22,531 bases of DNA. Source: a virus. Its lineage: Duplodnaviria > Heunggongvirae > Uroviricota > Caudoviricetes. Where the stretch lies: IMG/VR virus record IMGVR_UViG_2778261509_000018, one strand, 5' to 3'. Position numbers and translations under genes: made by a program. A model generated the notes under the pieces. That model searched no databases, was not told where the DNA came from, and was given only the letters and a program-made list of their open reading frames with translations. Of the stretch, positions 8,820 through 16,846 are shown in pieces. Position 1 is the first letter of the stretch; the number at the start of each line of letters is the position of its first letter.

Positions 8820-9841
8820 CCGTCCAGAAGAAGACATTTTCACTGGCTGGTATGTCGCCAAAATCCAGCAATATGACAGCAAAGTCAGGCATTAATACAG
8901 CAGATACAAGCAAAGTTTATCATTTGCTGGTGGTAGGAGCGGATGCCTTAACTATGTCAGAAATTACGGTCGATGGTGTTAGCGTTGAGAAGGTCAGCGG
9001 CTGCGCCAGAGAATTTCTGGTCGTAGATCACCTGTTCTGCTCGTGTAGTGACTCCACAAAAACATTCGTCCACGTGCGTGACGTTAACGAAATGAGCGCG
9101 ATGTATTGTGCATCTGGTGCTTCCAATAGTGAGTTTTCGGAGTCCATAAAAAAGAGCTTGCCGTTATGCGGCAACACGGTTTATGGTTATAAGGCACCTC
9201 ATAAAACGGGTGCCGGGATTAGGACCCCGCAGGCAATCGAGGCGATACATGACGCGCCAGCGTCTTTTTTTGTATCGGCGCACACGCACACCTTATCAAT
9301 GGTGGGCTGTATGGGGCTGACTTCGGTCAGGCTGGTTTCCTTGATTGCCAGTAGTCCTAACCCTGTACAGTCCACCGCCAGCGAGCTTAGGACCTCCGGC
9401 GGTGGCTATAAACCATCAATCAAGGAGGCTGCCACATGCTGGCTACTACCCCTACCCAAAAACCGCAATTTATCTGGATTATCGCCGCAGTTCGCCGCGA
9501 TTGCCCGACAATTACCGCCAAAATTCATCATATTGCTGCCGAGTCTGAACGCGATGCTCGCCGTTCTCTGGTGCGCGATCACGTCTGCTTTTTTGCTGGT
9601 CGTATCCGCATGGAGGTGGCACATGATTAAAACCTACGATGTGCATATGGATCCCCTCGAACGCACAAGCCAGATCATCACACTGACAGAAGTGATTAAC
9701 GACATTCTGGTGAGCAACTCTCCCTCACGAGACGAAAGGCTGAAGGCGTTACTCGCGATATTGGATCTCGCCGTTCGTGACGTTCATTTCCTGCTGGAAG
9801 GTGGACAAATGCCAGTAAAAACGGGGGCAACCAATGAATAA
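8813..9841 (+). CDS. Uncertain long ORF (342 aa, Cys/Ser-rich); possibly two genes read through (8813 to about 9430, and 9623-9841, 72 aa)
   Basis: Open frame with ATG overlapping the previous stop (ATGCTAA); completely overlaps the Icd-like ORF in another frame; internal ATG at 9623 overlaps the Icd-like stop (ATGATTAA). Confidence 0.25.
   Translation: MLTVQKKTFSLAGMSPKSSNMTAKSGINTADTSKVYHLLVVGADALTMSEITVDGVSVEKVSGCAREFLVVDHLFCSCSDSTKTFVHVRDVNEMSAMYCASGASNSEFSESIKKSLPLCGNTVYGYKAPHKTGAGIRTPQAIEAIHDAPASFFVSAHTHTLSMVGCMGLTSVRLVSLIASSPNPVQSTASELRTSGGGYKPSIKEAATCWLLPLPKNRNLSGLSPQFAAIARQLPPKFIILLPSLNAMLAVLWCAITSAFLLVVSAWRWHMIKTYDVHMDPLERTSQIITLTEVINDILVSNSPSRDERLKALLAILDLAVRDVHFLLEGGQMPVKTGATNE
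9436..9630 (+). CDS. Host cell division inhibitor Icd-like small protein (64 aa)
   Basis: Strong Shine-Dalgarno AAGGAGG at 9422-9428, 7 nt before the ATG; sequence ([17 protein letters not shown]...) resembles Icd-like proteins of P4-like elements as I recall them. Confidence 0.4.
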   Translation: MLATTPTQKPQFIWIIAAVRRDCPTITAKIHHIAAESERDARRSLVRDHVCFFAGRIRMEVAHD

Positions 9842-10028
9842 CTCAATTAATACCCCTCGCCTTACGTCCGCACTTCAATTAATCGAGCAAGCAGCGGCTG
9901 TCCTGGTTGCTGTCAGTCTTTCGGCTGAAGAAATGGACGCTGCTGATGTCGTGGATGCGATTAAAGCGTGCTCATCTTTGGTTAACGATGCCCGTGCCGA
10001 GCTGGTAATTCTTGGGGGTGAAAAATGA
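9834..10028 (+). CDS. Small hypothetical protein (64 aa)
   Basis: Start overlaps the upstream stop (ATGAATAA); part of the coupled gene chain. Confidence 0.4.
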   Translation: MNNSINTPRLTSALQLIEQAAAVLVAVSLSAEEMDAADVVDAIKACSSLVNDARAELVILGGEK

Positions 10029-10288
10029 ATATCAACTTAATTTATCGTCATCCGTGTGAGCTGGAAATTGAATCATTGCTGGGGCGCGAAGAGCCATATC
10101 CAGACACATTCACTCCCGCAGATTGCGCGACTGAACGGCTTACCAGAGCGCGCACAGGTCTGGTTCATGTGATGAATGAGATTGTTCCCTCGGTGGGAGG
10201 GGAACAGGCGACAGTAATCAATAGCTGGCTACAAAAAGTTACCTCCCTGATAGATATCGGTTTAATCGATGTGGAGAGTGCGAAATGA
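10025..10288 (+). CDS. Small hypothetical protein (87 aa)
   Basis: ATGA start/stop overlap with the upstream ORF. Confidence 0.4.
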   Translation: MNINLIYRHPCELEIESLLGREEPYPDTFTPADCATERLTRARTGLVHVMNEIVPSVGGEQATVINSWLQKVTSLIDIGLIDVESAK

Positions 10289-10506
10289 CCAACATCCAGC
10301 TCATTGAAGCGCAATGTCGCATCGAACAGGTTCAGACTGTTTTAGGGTTCTGGCTTGAAGGGGCCAGCCCCAGCAACAGAGACAAGTTAATGATTGGCGC
10401 GGTTATGTCACTGCTCAATGGCGTACCAGAAGCTATTCAGGAAGCGGACGAATTGTTGGGCAAATATGAGTTACAGAATCATTCAGGCGAGGCGAAACAT
10501 GAATAA
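10285..10506 (+). CDS. Small hypothetical protein (73 aa)
   Basis: ATGA start/stop overlap with the upstream ORF. Confidence 0.4.
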   Translation: MTNIQLIEAQCRIEQVQTVLGFWLEGASPSNRDKLMIGAVMSLLNGVPEAIQEADELLGKYELQNHSGEAKHE

Positions 10507-11101
10507 TTTCTTAACTTTCCATGCAGAAGCAACGCCTGACGGCGTAAACATCATGTACCGCAGCAACGATGGCATGACAGAACGCGTTGAGGCCGTCTCA
10601 TATATTGATGCCGTAAATCGTCTGGATGCCGGGGATTATGACGATAAACCAGATGAAGGCATGTTTATACATCTCGCTATTGCCAGTGGCGGCAACCAGG
10701 GATATTTCGATTACACATCACAGCATCACGTGATTATGTGGCGCTGGCTGATAGCAACAGCATTCATCAATGAAATGAGAAAGGAAAACGGCACCGTCAG
10801 CATTATTGATGACAGTGGCAATCATTCCGTGGTTTCTGTTTATTCCAATGGCATCGTCGCCATGCCGCTGTATCCAGTAGCAGAGCGCCTCGCTATGGCA
10901 AACAACATTGAGGGCGCAATGATCGAGAAATATGGTGTTGATGTCGGAACAAAGAATGCCATCATTTTTTACAGCAACATGTTCGATGTCGAACAGGGAA
11001 CACTCACTTCGTTTGGGCGAGAAGTGCTTGCCGATCTTCACAACAGCTTTATTGCCGAACTAAACGAAAACGGCATCCCAGAAGCACCAGTGACGCACTA
11101 A
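10499..11101 (+). CDS. Hypothetical protein (200 aa)
   Basis: Start chosen at the ATG overlapping the upstream stop (ATGAATAA) rather than the track start at 10394, which overlaps the previous gene in another frame. Confidence 0.5.
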   Translation: MNNFLTFHAEATPDGVNIMYRSNDGMTERVEAVSYIDAVNRLDAGDYDDKPDEGMFIHLAIASGGNQGYFDYTSQHHVIMWRWLIATAFINEMRKENGTVSIIDDSGNHSVVSVYSNGIVAMPLYPVAERLAMANNIEGAMIEKYGVDVGTKNAIIFYSNMFDVEQGTLTSFGREVLADLHNSFIAELNENGIPEAPVTH

Positions 11102-11113
11102 ACGGGGGCCAGA

Positions 11114-13465
11114 ATGCGAAACATTGATCTTATCCGTCAGGTTATCAGTGCGTCTGAAAACAACTGGCCTCATGTGCTGGGCTGCCTGAACATAAATGTC
11201 CCTGACTCTCCGCGCCGTCATGCTCCCTGCCCTGCATGTGGGGGCAAAGATCGATTCCGGTTCGATGACAACGGGCGCGGTAGCTTCATCTGTAATCAGT
11301 GCGGCGCTGGTGATGGGCTGGATTTAATTAAACGCGTAAATAACTGCGACACAACAGAGGCGGCGCTTCTTGCCGCTGATGTTCTGGGTATTGATTACCG
11401 GACAACGGAAACACCAGAAGCCACCAGCCAGAAACGGGAACAACTGGAAACCGAGCGCCAGCGACGCGAACAGGAGCGCCTGAAAAGGGCAGAGAAGGAC
11501 GAACAACAAAGACGGGATACGTTTTCCCGTCAGTTTGATGACATGCGCAGAAAGGCTGTAAACGGCAAATCTGATTATCTGGTTGCGAAAGGGGTAGGTG
11601 ATTTTACATTCCCCGTGTTGCCCGATGGATCTCTGTTGCTGGCGCTGGTGGATAAATCCGGCGCAGTCACAGCAGCACAGACTATTACCCCACATGGTGA
11701 AAAAAGACTCCTGACAGGTTCGGCAAAGCGGGGGGCATATCACGCCATAAACGCACAGAAACGACCTCACAGCATCATAATTGCTGAGGGGGTGGCTACC
11801 GCCCTGTCGTGCCATTTAATTCGCCCTGACGCAATGACAGTGGCAGCAATCGACGCTGGCAACCTGTTGCCAGTAGCGGAAGTCATGCGCAGAACATATC
11901 CGCAGGCACAAATAATCATTGCCGCAGATAACGATCACCAGCAAGGAGACTCAGAAAGTGGAGGGATCAACACGGGGAAAGATGCCGCAGAGAGGGCCGC
12001 TATTTCCGTAGCTGGCAGGGTGTCTCTGCCACCGACTGACTATAAAGCCGACTGGAACGACTATCACCAACAACACGGGCTGGCGGCAGCCACAGCAGCA
12101 TTTAAAGATTCGATGTACCAGCCACGGGGGAAAGGGGCGCAGGTGAAAAATCACAAACAGTCAGTCGGGGCGCTGAATGAGATCAGTTCTGGCGAGGTGT
12201 TAAGCGATGATGAAATTGCTGTCCTCGAAGAAATCAACCGGACGTTTACGCATGTCACCATCGGCGGGAAACACAAGGTGGTGTCGCTAAAGCCTTCTCA
12301 AACCGGCGGTGTATCGCACGTTTTCGAGGATTTATCACAATTTCAGCATTATTTTCATCATAAACCGAGAGTCGCCAGAAAGCTGGCGGGATCGGCGTGG
12401 CTGTCATGGAGTGGGAAGAACTACAAGCCAGGAGGCGTAGGATTTTATCCAGTACCAGACAAATGCCCTGACGATGTTTTTAATCTGTATGAGGGGCTGG
12501 CACTGGAACCAATTGAAGGAGATTGCACGGTATACCTTAATCACCTGTTGCAGGTTGTCTGTGCCGGTAATGAAGAGGCATGCCAATATCTTATCCAGTG
12601 GATGGCGCACATTATCCAAAAGCCTGATGAAAAACCGTCCGTGGCAATCGTGATGAAATCTGTCCCGGGCACAGGGAAAGGCACAACGGTTAAACCGCTG
12701 CTGCAAATACTGGGGCAGTACGCCGCCCACATTAACGGGGCGGGACATATTTCAGGGCGCTTCAATTCAATACTTGCTAACAAGCTACTGGTATTTGCTG
12801 ACGAAGTGACGATCCACAAGCCGTCTGAAGCTGACAGACTTAAAGCGATTATTAGCGAACCGACGTTTAACCTTGAGCGCAAGGGAATTGATGCTGAACC
12901 AATGCCGAATTTTGCCCGGTTGATATTTGCCAGTAACAGCACACAGGTATTACAGGCAGGGATAAGAGAGCGTCGCTATCTCGTGCTTGAGCCATCTCCT
13001 GAAAAAGCACAGAGCCGGGAGTATTTTGATCGGCTGTACAGTTGGCTTAATGATGGCGGTGCCGCAAAGTTGCTTTGGCATCTTAAAGGGGTGGATCTCT
13101 CAGGTTTTGACCCTCAACGAGCGCCACAGACCGATGCCTTACGTGAAGAAATCTTGCTGGGGCTGTCTGGCGTTGAATTGTTTCTTTATGGCGAGCTAAT
13201 CAATGAACCTCCGTTTAATGGCGAAGTCCGTTTGTTTGCAAAGGATATGGTTAGTCGGTTTGTAGCGTGGTCGCTTGAGCGTGGGGAAAAGCTTAAAGAA
13301 CCAGCTGCCAGATCACTACTGGGTAAATCACTTGCACAAATGGGGCTGGTGAAGCATGGAAGACCAGACCGAGGGAATGGCGTGTTCTACGAACTACCAG
13401 AGGTCGGAGTTCTACAGGCTGCGTTTGCCCGTCTGATCGGTATGGGGGGTTATGATGTTTTTTAA
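11114..13465 (+). CDS. P4 alpha-type replication protein: zinc-binding primase (Toprim) fused to a D5-like helicase domain
   Basis: Zn-ribbon CPACGG...CNQCG near the N-terminus, Toprim-like IIIAEGVATALS and DNDHQ, Walker A VPGTGKGT and Walker B-like LLVFADE in the C-terminal half; 783 aa; downstream of int/alpA as in P4-like elements. Confidence 0.9.
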   Translation: MRNIDLIRQVISASENNWPHVLGCLNINVPDSPRRHAPCPACGGKDRFRFDDNGRGSFICNQCGAGDGLDLIKRVNNCDTTEAALLAADVLGIDYRTTETPEATSQKREQLETERQRREQERLKRAEKDEQQRRDTFSRQFDDMRRKAVNGKSDYLVAKGVGDFTFPVLPDGSLLLALVDKSGAVTAAQTITPHGEKRLLTGSAKRGAYHAINAQKRPHSIIIAEGVATALSCHLIRPDAMTVAAIDAGNLLPVAEVMRRTYPQAQIIIAADNDHQQGDSESGGINTGKDAAERAAISVAGRVSLPPTDYKADWNDYHQQHGLAAATAAFKDSMYQPRGKGAQVKNHKQSVGALNEISSGEVLSDDEIAVLEEINRTFTHVTIGGKHKVVSLKPSQTGGVSHVFEDLSQFQHYFHHKPRVARKLAGSAWLSWSGKNYKPGGVGFYPVPDKCPDDVFNLYEGLALEPIEGDCTVYLNHLLQVVCAGNEEACQYLIQWMAHIIQKPDEKPSVAIVMKSVPGTGKGTTVKPLLQILGQYAAHINGAGHISGRFNSILANKLLVFADEVTIHKPSEADRLKAIISEPTFNLERKGIDAEPMPNFARLIFASNSTQVLQAGIRERRYLVLEPSPEKAQSREYFDRLYSWLNDGGAAKLLWHLKGVDLSGFDPQRAPQTDALREEILLGLSGVELFLYGELINEPPFNGEVRLFAKDMVSRFVAWSLERGEKLKEPAARSLLGKSLAQMGLVKHGRPDRGNGVFYELPEVGVLQAAFARLIGMGGYDVF

Positions 13466-13494
13466 TATAGTCTTTTTACAAGAAGATCGTTTTT

Positions 13495-13598
13495 ACCTGT
13501 ACCACCTATACCACTTTGCTAATTCAGTATTAAAAACAATGTGTTATAGTGGTACAGGTCAATATCTTACCTATACCAGACCTGTACCACCTATACCA
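13495..13598. repeat. Iteron cluster 1: repeated CCTRTACCA 9-mers (within ACCTGTACCACCTATACCA units) in both orientations; candidate replication origin
   Basis: Direct units at 13495-13513 and 13580-13598, a partial unit at 13568-13578, and an inverted TGGTACAGGT at 13550-13559; immediately 3' of the primase-helicase gene. Confidence 0.5.
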
Positions 13599-13641
13599 TT
13601 AACAAACGCATTTCTTCTGGCTGGCTGAGAGGGAACAGCCA

Positions 13642-13872
13642 ATGATGAGCACACCATTTTACAAAGTGCGCCAGTTAGCTTCTTCCTCTGGCTGGCAGCT
13701 ACGGTTTGAGGGGCGTTCAGACTGGCTACCCATTGCGGCATGGGCGAATGTTGAAATGTGTATTGACGGCGATACCGTTGAAATCATTATTCCCTGCGTG
13801 GCAAGTCGGGACGGCTGTATAGAGCCAACAGATATGGCAGCAGAAATCAGAGAGGTAAAACATGAACAATAA
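13642..13872 (+). CDS. Small hypothetical protein (76 aa)
   Basis: ORF between the two iteron clusters; weak GAGGG Shine-Dalgarno; overlaps the start of the next ORF. Confidence 0.4.
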   Translation: MMSTPFYKVRQLASSSGWQLRFEGRSDWLPIAAWANVEMCIDGDTVEIIIPCVASRDGCIEPTDMAAEIREVKHEQ

Positions 13873-14599
13873 CTATTGCATACCGCAGGGAATGACCAGA
13901 ACGGAGCGCGAAGAATTAAAAAGTTTCGCTACACAGTGCGGGAATGCTGGCGACATCCAAAGTCTGGAACGCACTTTAATTATGATTGCGCACTGGATGC
14001 GTCAGGGGCAAAGGGTTTCATTTACTGAATATGCCAGCCAGTGGACAGAGGCACAGCGCGAACGGAGCGACGGTAATCACTCAACACCCGAAATGGCGAA
14101 GCAATGGCCTTTCAGTGGTAAACGCTGTATCAGTCCCGGTGGTTCAGATTATTACCCTGCTGGTGTGGGAGATGAGCCATGTTGTGACGAGACTGAAATC
14201 CGCCACGCAGTGACAGTAATTACCGCTGAATACCCACAATTTAACCTTGACGGACTGGCGCTCCACAACCGGAATGCGGACTGGGAAAACCCGCTTGATA
14301 ACCCGTCATTTATCGTATCGGCGAAAAGCTGCCTGAGATGGATCAGAGACAACGGGATGAGTAATGCCCAGATTGAGAGCTTCCCGCAGGATAACCCCAC
14401 ATCTGACACGTTGAAGCATGAAGTGGAGCGATATAACCAGATAAACCACCAGCACAGTGATCACCCGCACTATATCCCCAACGGAGCATTTATTGCGGCG
14501 ATGGTGGCAAGCGGCTACAAGGTTAAGCCAGCGGGAAGAATGAACGCATTTTTCAATATTTCAAAAAAAGGATTATGTGCTGCTATGGGTAAAAATTAA
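13862..14599 (+). CDS. Hypothetical protein (245 aa)
   Basis: Uninterrupted ORF with start overlapping the previous gene; no motif recognised. Confidence 0.55.
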   Translation: MNNNYCIPQGMTRTEREELKSFATQCGNAGDIQSLERTLIMIAHWMRQGQRVSFTEYASQWTEAQRERSDGNHSTPEMAKQWPFSGKRCISPGGSDYYPAGVGDEPCCDETEIRHAVTVITAEYPQFNLDGLALHNRNADWENPLDNPSFIVSAKSCLRWIRDNGMSNAQIESFPQDNPTSDTLKHEVERYNQINHQHSDHPHYIPNGAFIAAMVASGYKVKPAGRMNAFFNISKKGLCAAMGKN

Positions 14600-14605
14600 A
14601 TAAAT

Positions 14606-14709
14606 GGTACAGGTCTGTACAGGTGGGGAGAGGTCATTTTTACCCACCTGTACCACCTGCAGGCCGCGCTACACAAGGGTTTGTGACATGGTGGTACAGG
14701 TGGTACAGC
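14606..14709. repeat. Iteron cluster 2: TGGTACAGG / CCTGTACCA copies in both orientations
   Basis: TGGTACAGG at 14606-14614, CTGTACAGG at 14617-14625, CCTGTACCA at 14648-14656, tandem TGGTACAGG-TGGTACAG at 14693-14709; same 9-mer family as cluster 1, about 1.05 kb away. Confidence 0.5.
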
Positions 14710-15073
14710 AAAAACAGCGATTTTCTTTATAAGGTATGTTTTGCTCATCTGGCAGACGGAGGTATTCGCTGCGGTTTGGCACGTAGCCCAGAACAGCAAA
14801 GAGTTTTACGAGACTTTTGTAAAATCCAGTGTACAAGGGCGTGACGTTTTTGAAGGAGAGACCTACGAAATTTTCGTAGTTCAAAAAATAGCCTCTGAGA
14901 TGTTGTTATGCCTGTTCAGCAAACCATCCGCATAGCTGATCGCGAATCAAATTACCAATGGAGCCAGAAGCAAGGGCAGAACTGGAAAGCGCCTGCCGTG
15001 AAGAGTAATGCGACATCATAAATATAGTTTTTAGAGTCCATAAAAAACCTGTCAAAACCTGACATACAGAACG

Positions 15074-15107
15074 ATGCCACCAGCTACTGAGCGGTGGCAT
15101 TTTTTTG
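15074..15107 (+). terminator. Strong rho-independent terminator (ATGCCACC-N11-GGTGGCAT followed by T7)
   Basis: Perfect 8-bp GC-rich stem plus a run of seven T; ends an about 400-bp stretch with no convincing ORF. Confidence 0.6.
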
Positions 15108-15140
15108 TGCTATTTGTTTCATATTTTGCAATCACAATGA

Positions 15141-15176
15141 TGAATGTTGCGTTTTGTGAAACTATAATGACTGTTG
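15141..15176 (+). promoter_or_regulatory. Candidate promoter for the 15202-18951 operon (-10 TATAAT at 15164-15169)
   Basis: Consensus -10 hexamer about 35 nt upstream of the first ORF start; the -35 element is weak. Confidence 0.3.
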
Positions 15177-15201
15177 TTTTATACAGTTCTAAGGGGACGT
15201 T

Positions 15202-15375
15202 ATGGCTATTTCAGTAAAGCCAGTATTGATAAGTGAGAAGCAAATGGAAGCGATAAAGAAAATTCAGGAGGAGCAGCGTAAAAAATCAGAGGTAGGAGTT
15301 GCGCCAACGATCCACGAAATTGCTCGGGGATTAATGGATAAGGCGCTGGCTTACACTTTAACTGGACGTGGGTAA
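15202..15375 (+). CDS. Small hypothetical protein (57 aa), first gene of the cargo operon
   Basis: Not in the ORF track (below its size cutoff); AAGGGGA Shine-Dalgarno 5 nt upstream of the ATG; its stop is 4 nt before the next start; possible small DNA-binding or regulatory protein. Confidence 0.4.
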   Translation: MAISVKPVLISEKQMEAIKKIQEEQRKKSEVGVAPTIHEIARGLMDKALAYTLTGRG

Positions 15376-15379
15376 ATTT

Positions 15380-16846
15380 ATGGCTACTTGGCAACAAGGA
15401 ATCAACTCAGGCGGTTTTCTGGCTGGCATCGGTACGCAAAACGAGAATGCGCCAAAGGCAAGCGACATTAACGCAACGCTTGGTCTGATCCGCGAAAACA
15501 ATGAACTGGCTCGCTCAGGTGCAAATAACGTTGCTCTGACAGGTCTTCGTGGTCTGGCTGGAGTTGCTGATATTTATAAGCAGCAGCAACAGCAGGAGCG
15601 TAAAGCGGCATTCCAGAAAGGTTATGCAGATGCTTATGCGTCCGGTGACAGGGAGCAGATGCGTAATCTTATTACAGCATTCCCAGAAGAGTTTGAGGAA
15701 GTCCGTAAAGGGATGAGTTATGTCGATGATGCTCAAAGGGATGATTATGGCAATCTGGCGCTCAAAGCACAGGTAGCCTCATCGCTTGGTCCGGGCGCAT
15801 TTGGCAGGTTCATGATGGATAATGAGCAGGAGATGCGTCGTTTAGGTATCCCTCCAGAAACTATTGCTGAAATGCAGGTTAATGACCCGCAGGGCTTCCA
15901 GCATTTCGCAGGTAATCTGGCGCTGTTTTCTCTCGGTCATGAGAAGTATTTCGATATCAAAGATCAAATGGAAGGTCGGGATATTGAGCGTGGCAAGTTG
16001 GCAGAGACAATCCGCAGCAATCAGGCTGGCGAAGCACTTCAGGCGAGAGGGCAGGATATTAGCCGAGCAAATGCGTTAACGTCAGCATATGCACCAACAG
16101 CAGCAATGCAGAATTACAATCAGTACGCGCAAATGTTAAAGGCGGATCCAGAGGGGGCGGCGGCATTTGCGGCAGCGGCTGGAATTAATACAAACGCCAA
16201 AAAATTAATGAGTGTTAGAGAAAACGATGATGGCACTGTCACAAAATACTACACAGACGGAAGTGAAGAGCAGGGAAAACTAAACCAGCCAATATCTGGA
16301 GATGGGTTTCGTCCAATAGCTTTGCCAACAGCCCAAAAGATCATGGAAAAGTCGCCAGAAGGGGCTAAAAAAGCTGCTGGATTTGCATACAGGGTTAGGG
16401 ATGCTCTTGATTCAATAGATACACTGAAAGACCAGCTTAGCCCACAGCGAGTGGCGATCATTAATAATGCTTTGGGTAATGGGACGCTGGCTAACTTAAC
16501 GCTCAGCCCAGCAGAGCAGCAATACGTTGTTAATGCTAATGACGCAATAATGGCAATACTCCGTCAGGAAACAGGGGCATCTATCCTACCAGCTGAAATG
16601 TCCAAATATTATCAAATGTATTTCCCTCAGCCTGGTGATTCCACAAAAACCATTGATACCAAGCGCCGGAAGATGGAAAACCAGTTCAATTCGCTGAAAG
16701 CTGCTTCTGGTCGAACTTATGATGCTTTGCGGGTTATTTCAGCAGTTGACAGAGGAACTGCTTCTTCGTCGCAGACATTGCCGCAATCTGAGCAGGTATC
16801 ACAGCCAGCAGCCAGCAGTAACTTTTCTTCACTATGGGGTGATTAA
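15380..16846 (+). CDS. Hypothetical Ala/Gln-rich protein (488 aa)
   Basis: Long ORF, start taken at the ATG at 15380 (the track's GTG at 15368 is less likely); stop overlaps the next start (TAATG); composition suggests a largely helical protein; no enzymatic motif recognised. Confidence 0.7.
   Translation: MATWQQGINSGGFLAGIGTQNENAPKASDINATLGLIRENNELARSGANNVALTGLRGLAGVADIYKQQQQQERKAAFQKGYADAYASGDREQMRNLITAFPEEFEEVRKGMSYVDDAQRDDYGNLALKAQVASSLGPGAFGRFMMDNEQEMRRLGIPPETIAEMQVNDPQGFQHFAGNLALFSLGHEKYFDIKDQMEGRDIERGKLAETIRSNQAGEALQARGQDISRANALTSAYAPTAAMQNYNQYAQMLKADPEGAAAFAAAAGINTNAKKLMSVRENDDGTVTKYYTDGSEEQGKLNQPISGDGFRPIALPTAQKIMEKSPEGAKKAAGFAYRVRDALDSIDTLKDQLSPQRVAIINNALGNGTLANLTLSPAEQQYVVNANDAIMAILRQETGASILPAEMSKYYQMYFPQPGDSTKTIDTKRRKMENQFNSLKAASGRTYDALRVISAVDRGTASSSQTLPQSEQVSQPAASSNFSSLWGD

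Noticed and set aside
11324-12942. Reverse-strand ORFs (11324-11815, 11951-12154, 12404-12748, 12541-12942) inside the primase-helicase gene
   Set aside because: Antisense to a strongly supported CDS, Cys/Arg-rich nonsense-like translations.
13495-14709. CRISPR array
   Set aside because: The repeats are 9-10 bp, irregularly spaced, in both orientations and split into two clusters; this is iteron-like, not the 28-37-bp regularly spaced repeat-spacer structure of CRISPR.
14623-14935. ORFs 14623-14844 (+), 14669-14884 (-) and 14741-14935 (+) as protein-coding genes
   Set aside because: They span the iteron cluster and non-coding region, have no ribosome-binding sites and have Trp/Cys-rich translations; more likely non-coding.
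15368-15379. GTG at 15368 as the start of the 488-aa gene
   Set aside because: It would overlap the preceding small ORF's last codons; the ATG at 15380, 4 nt after the upstream stop, is the more conventional start.
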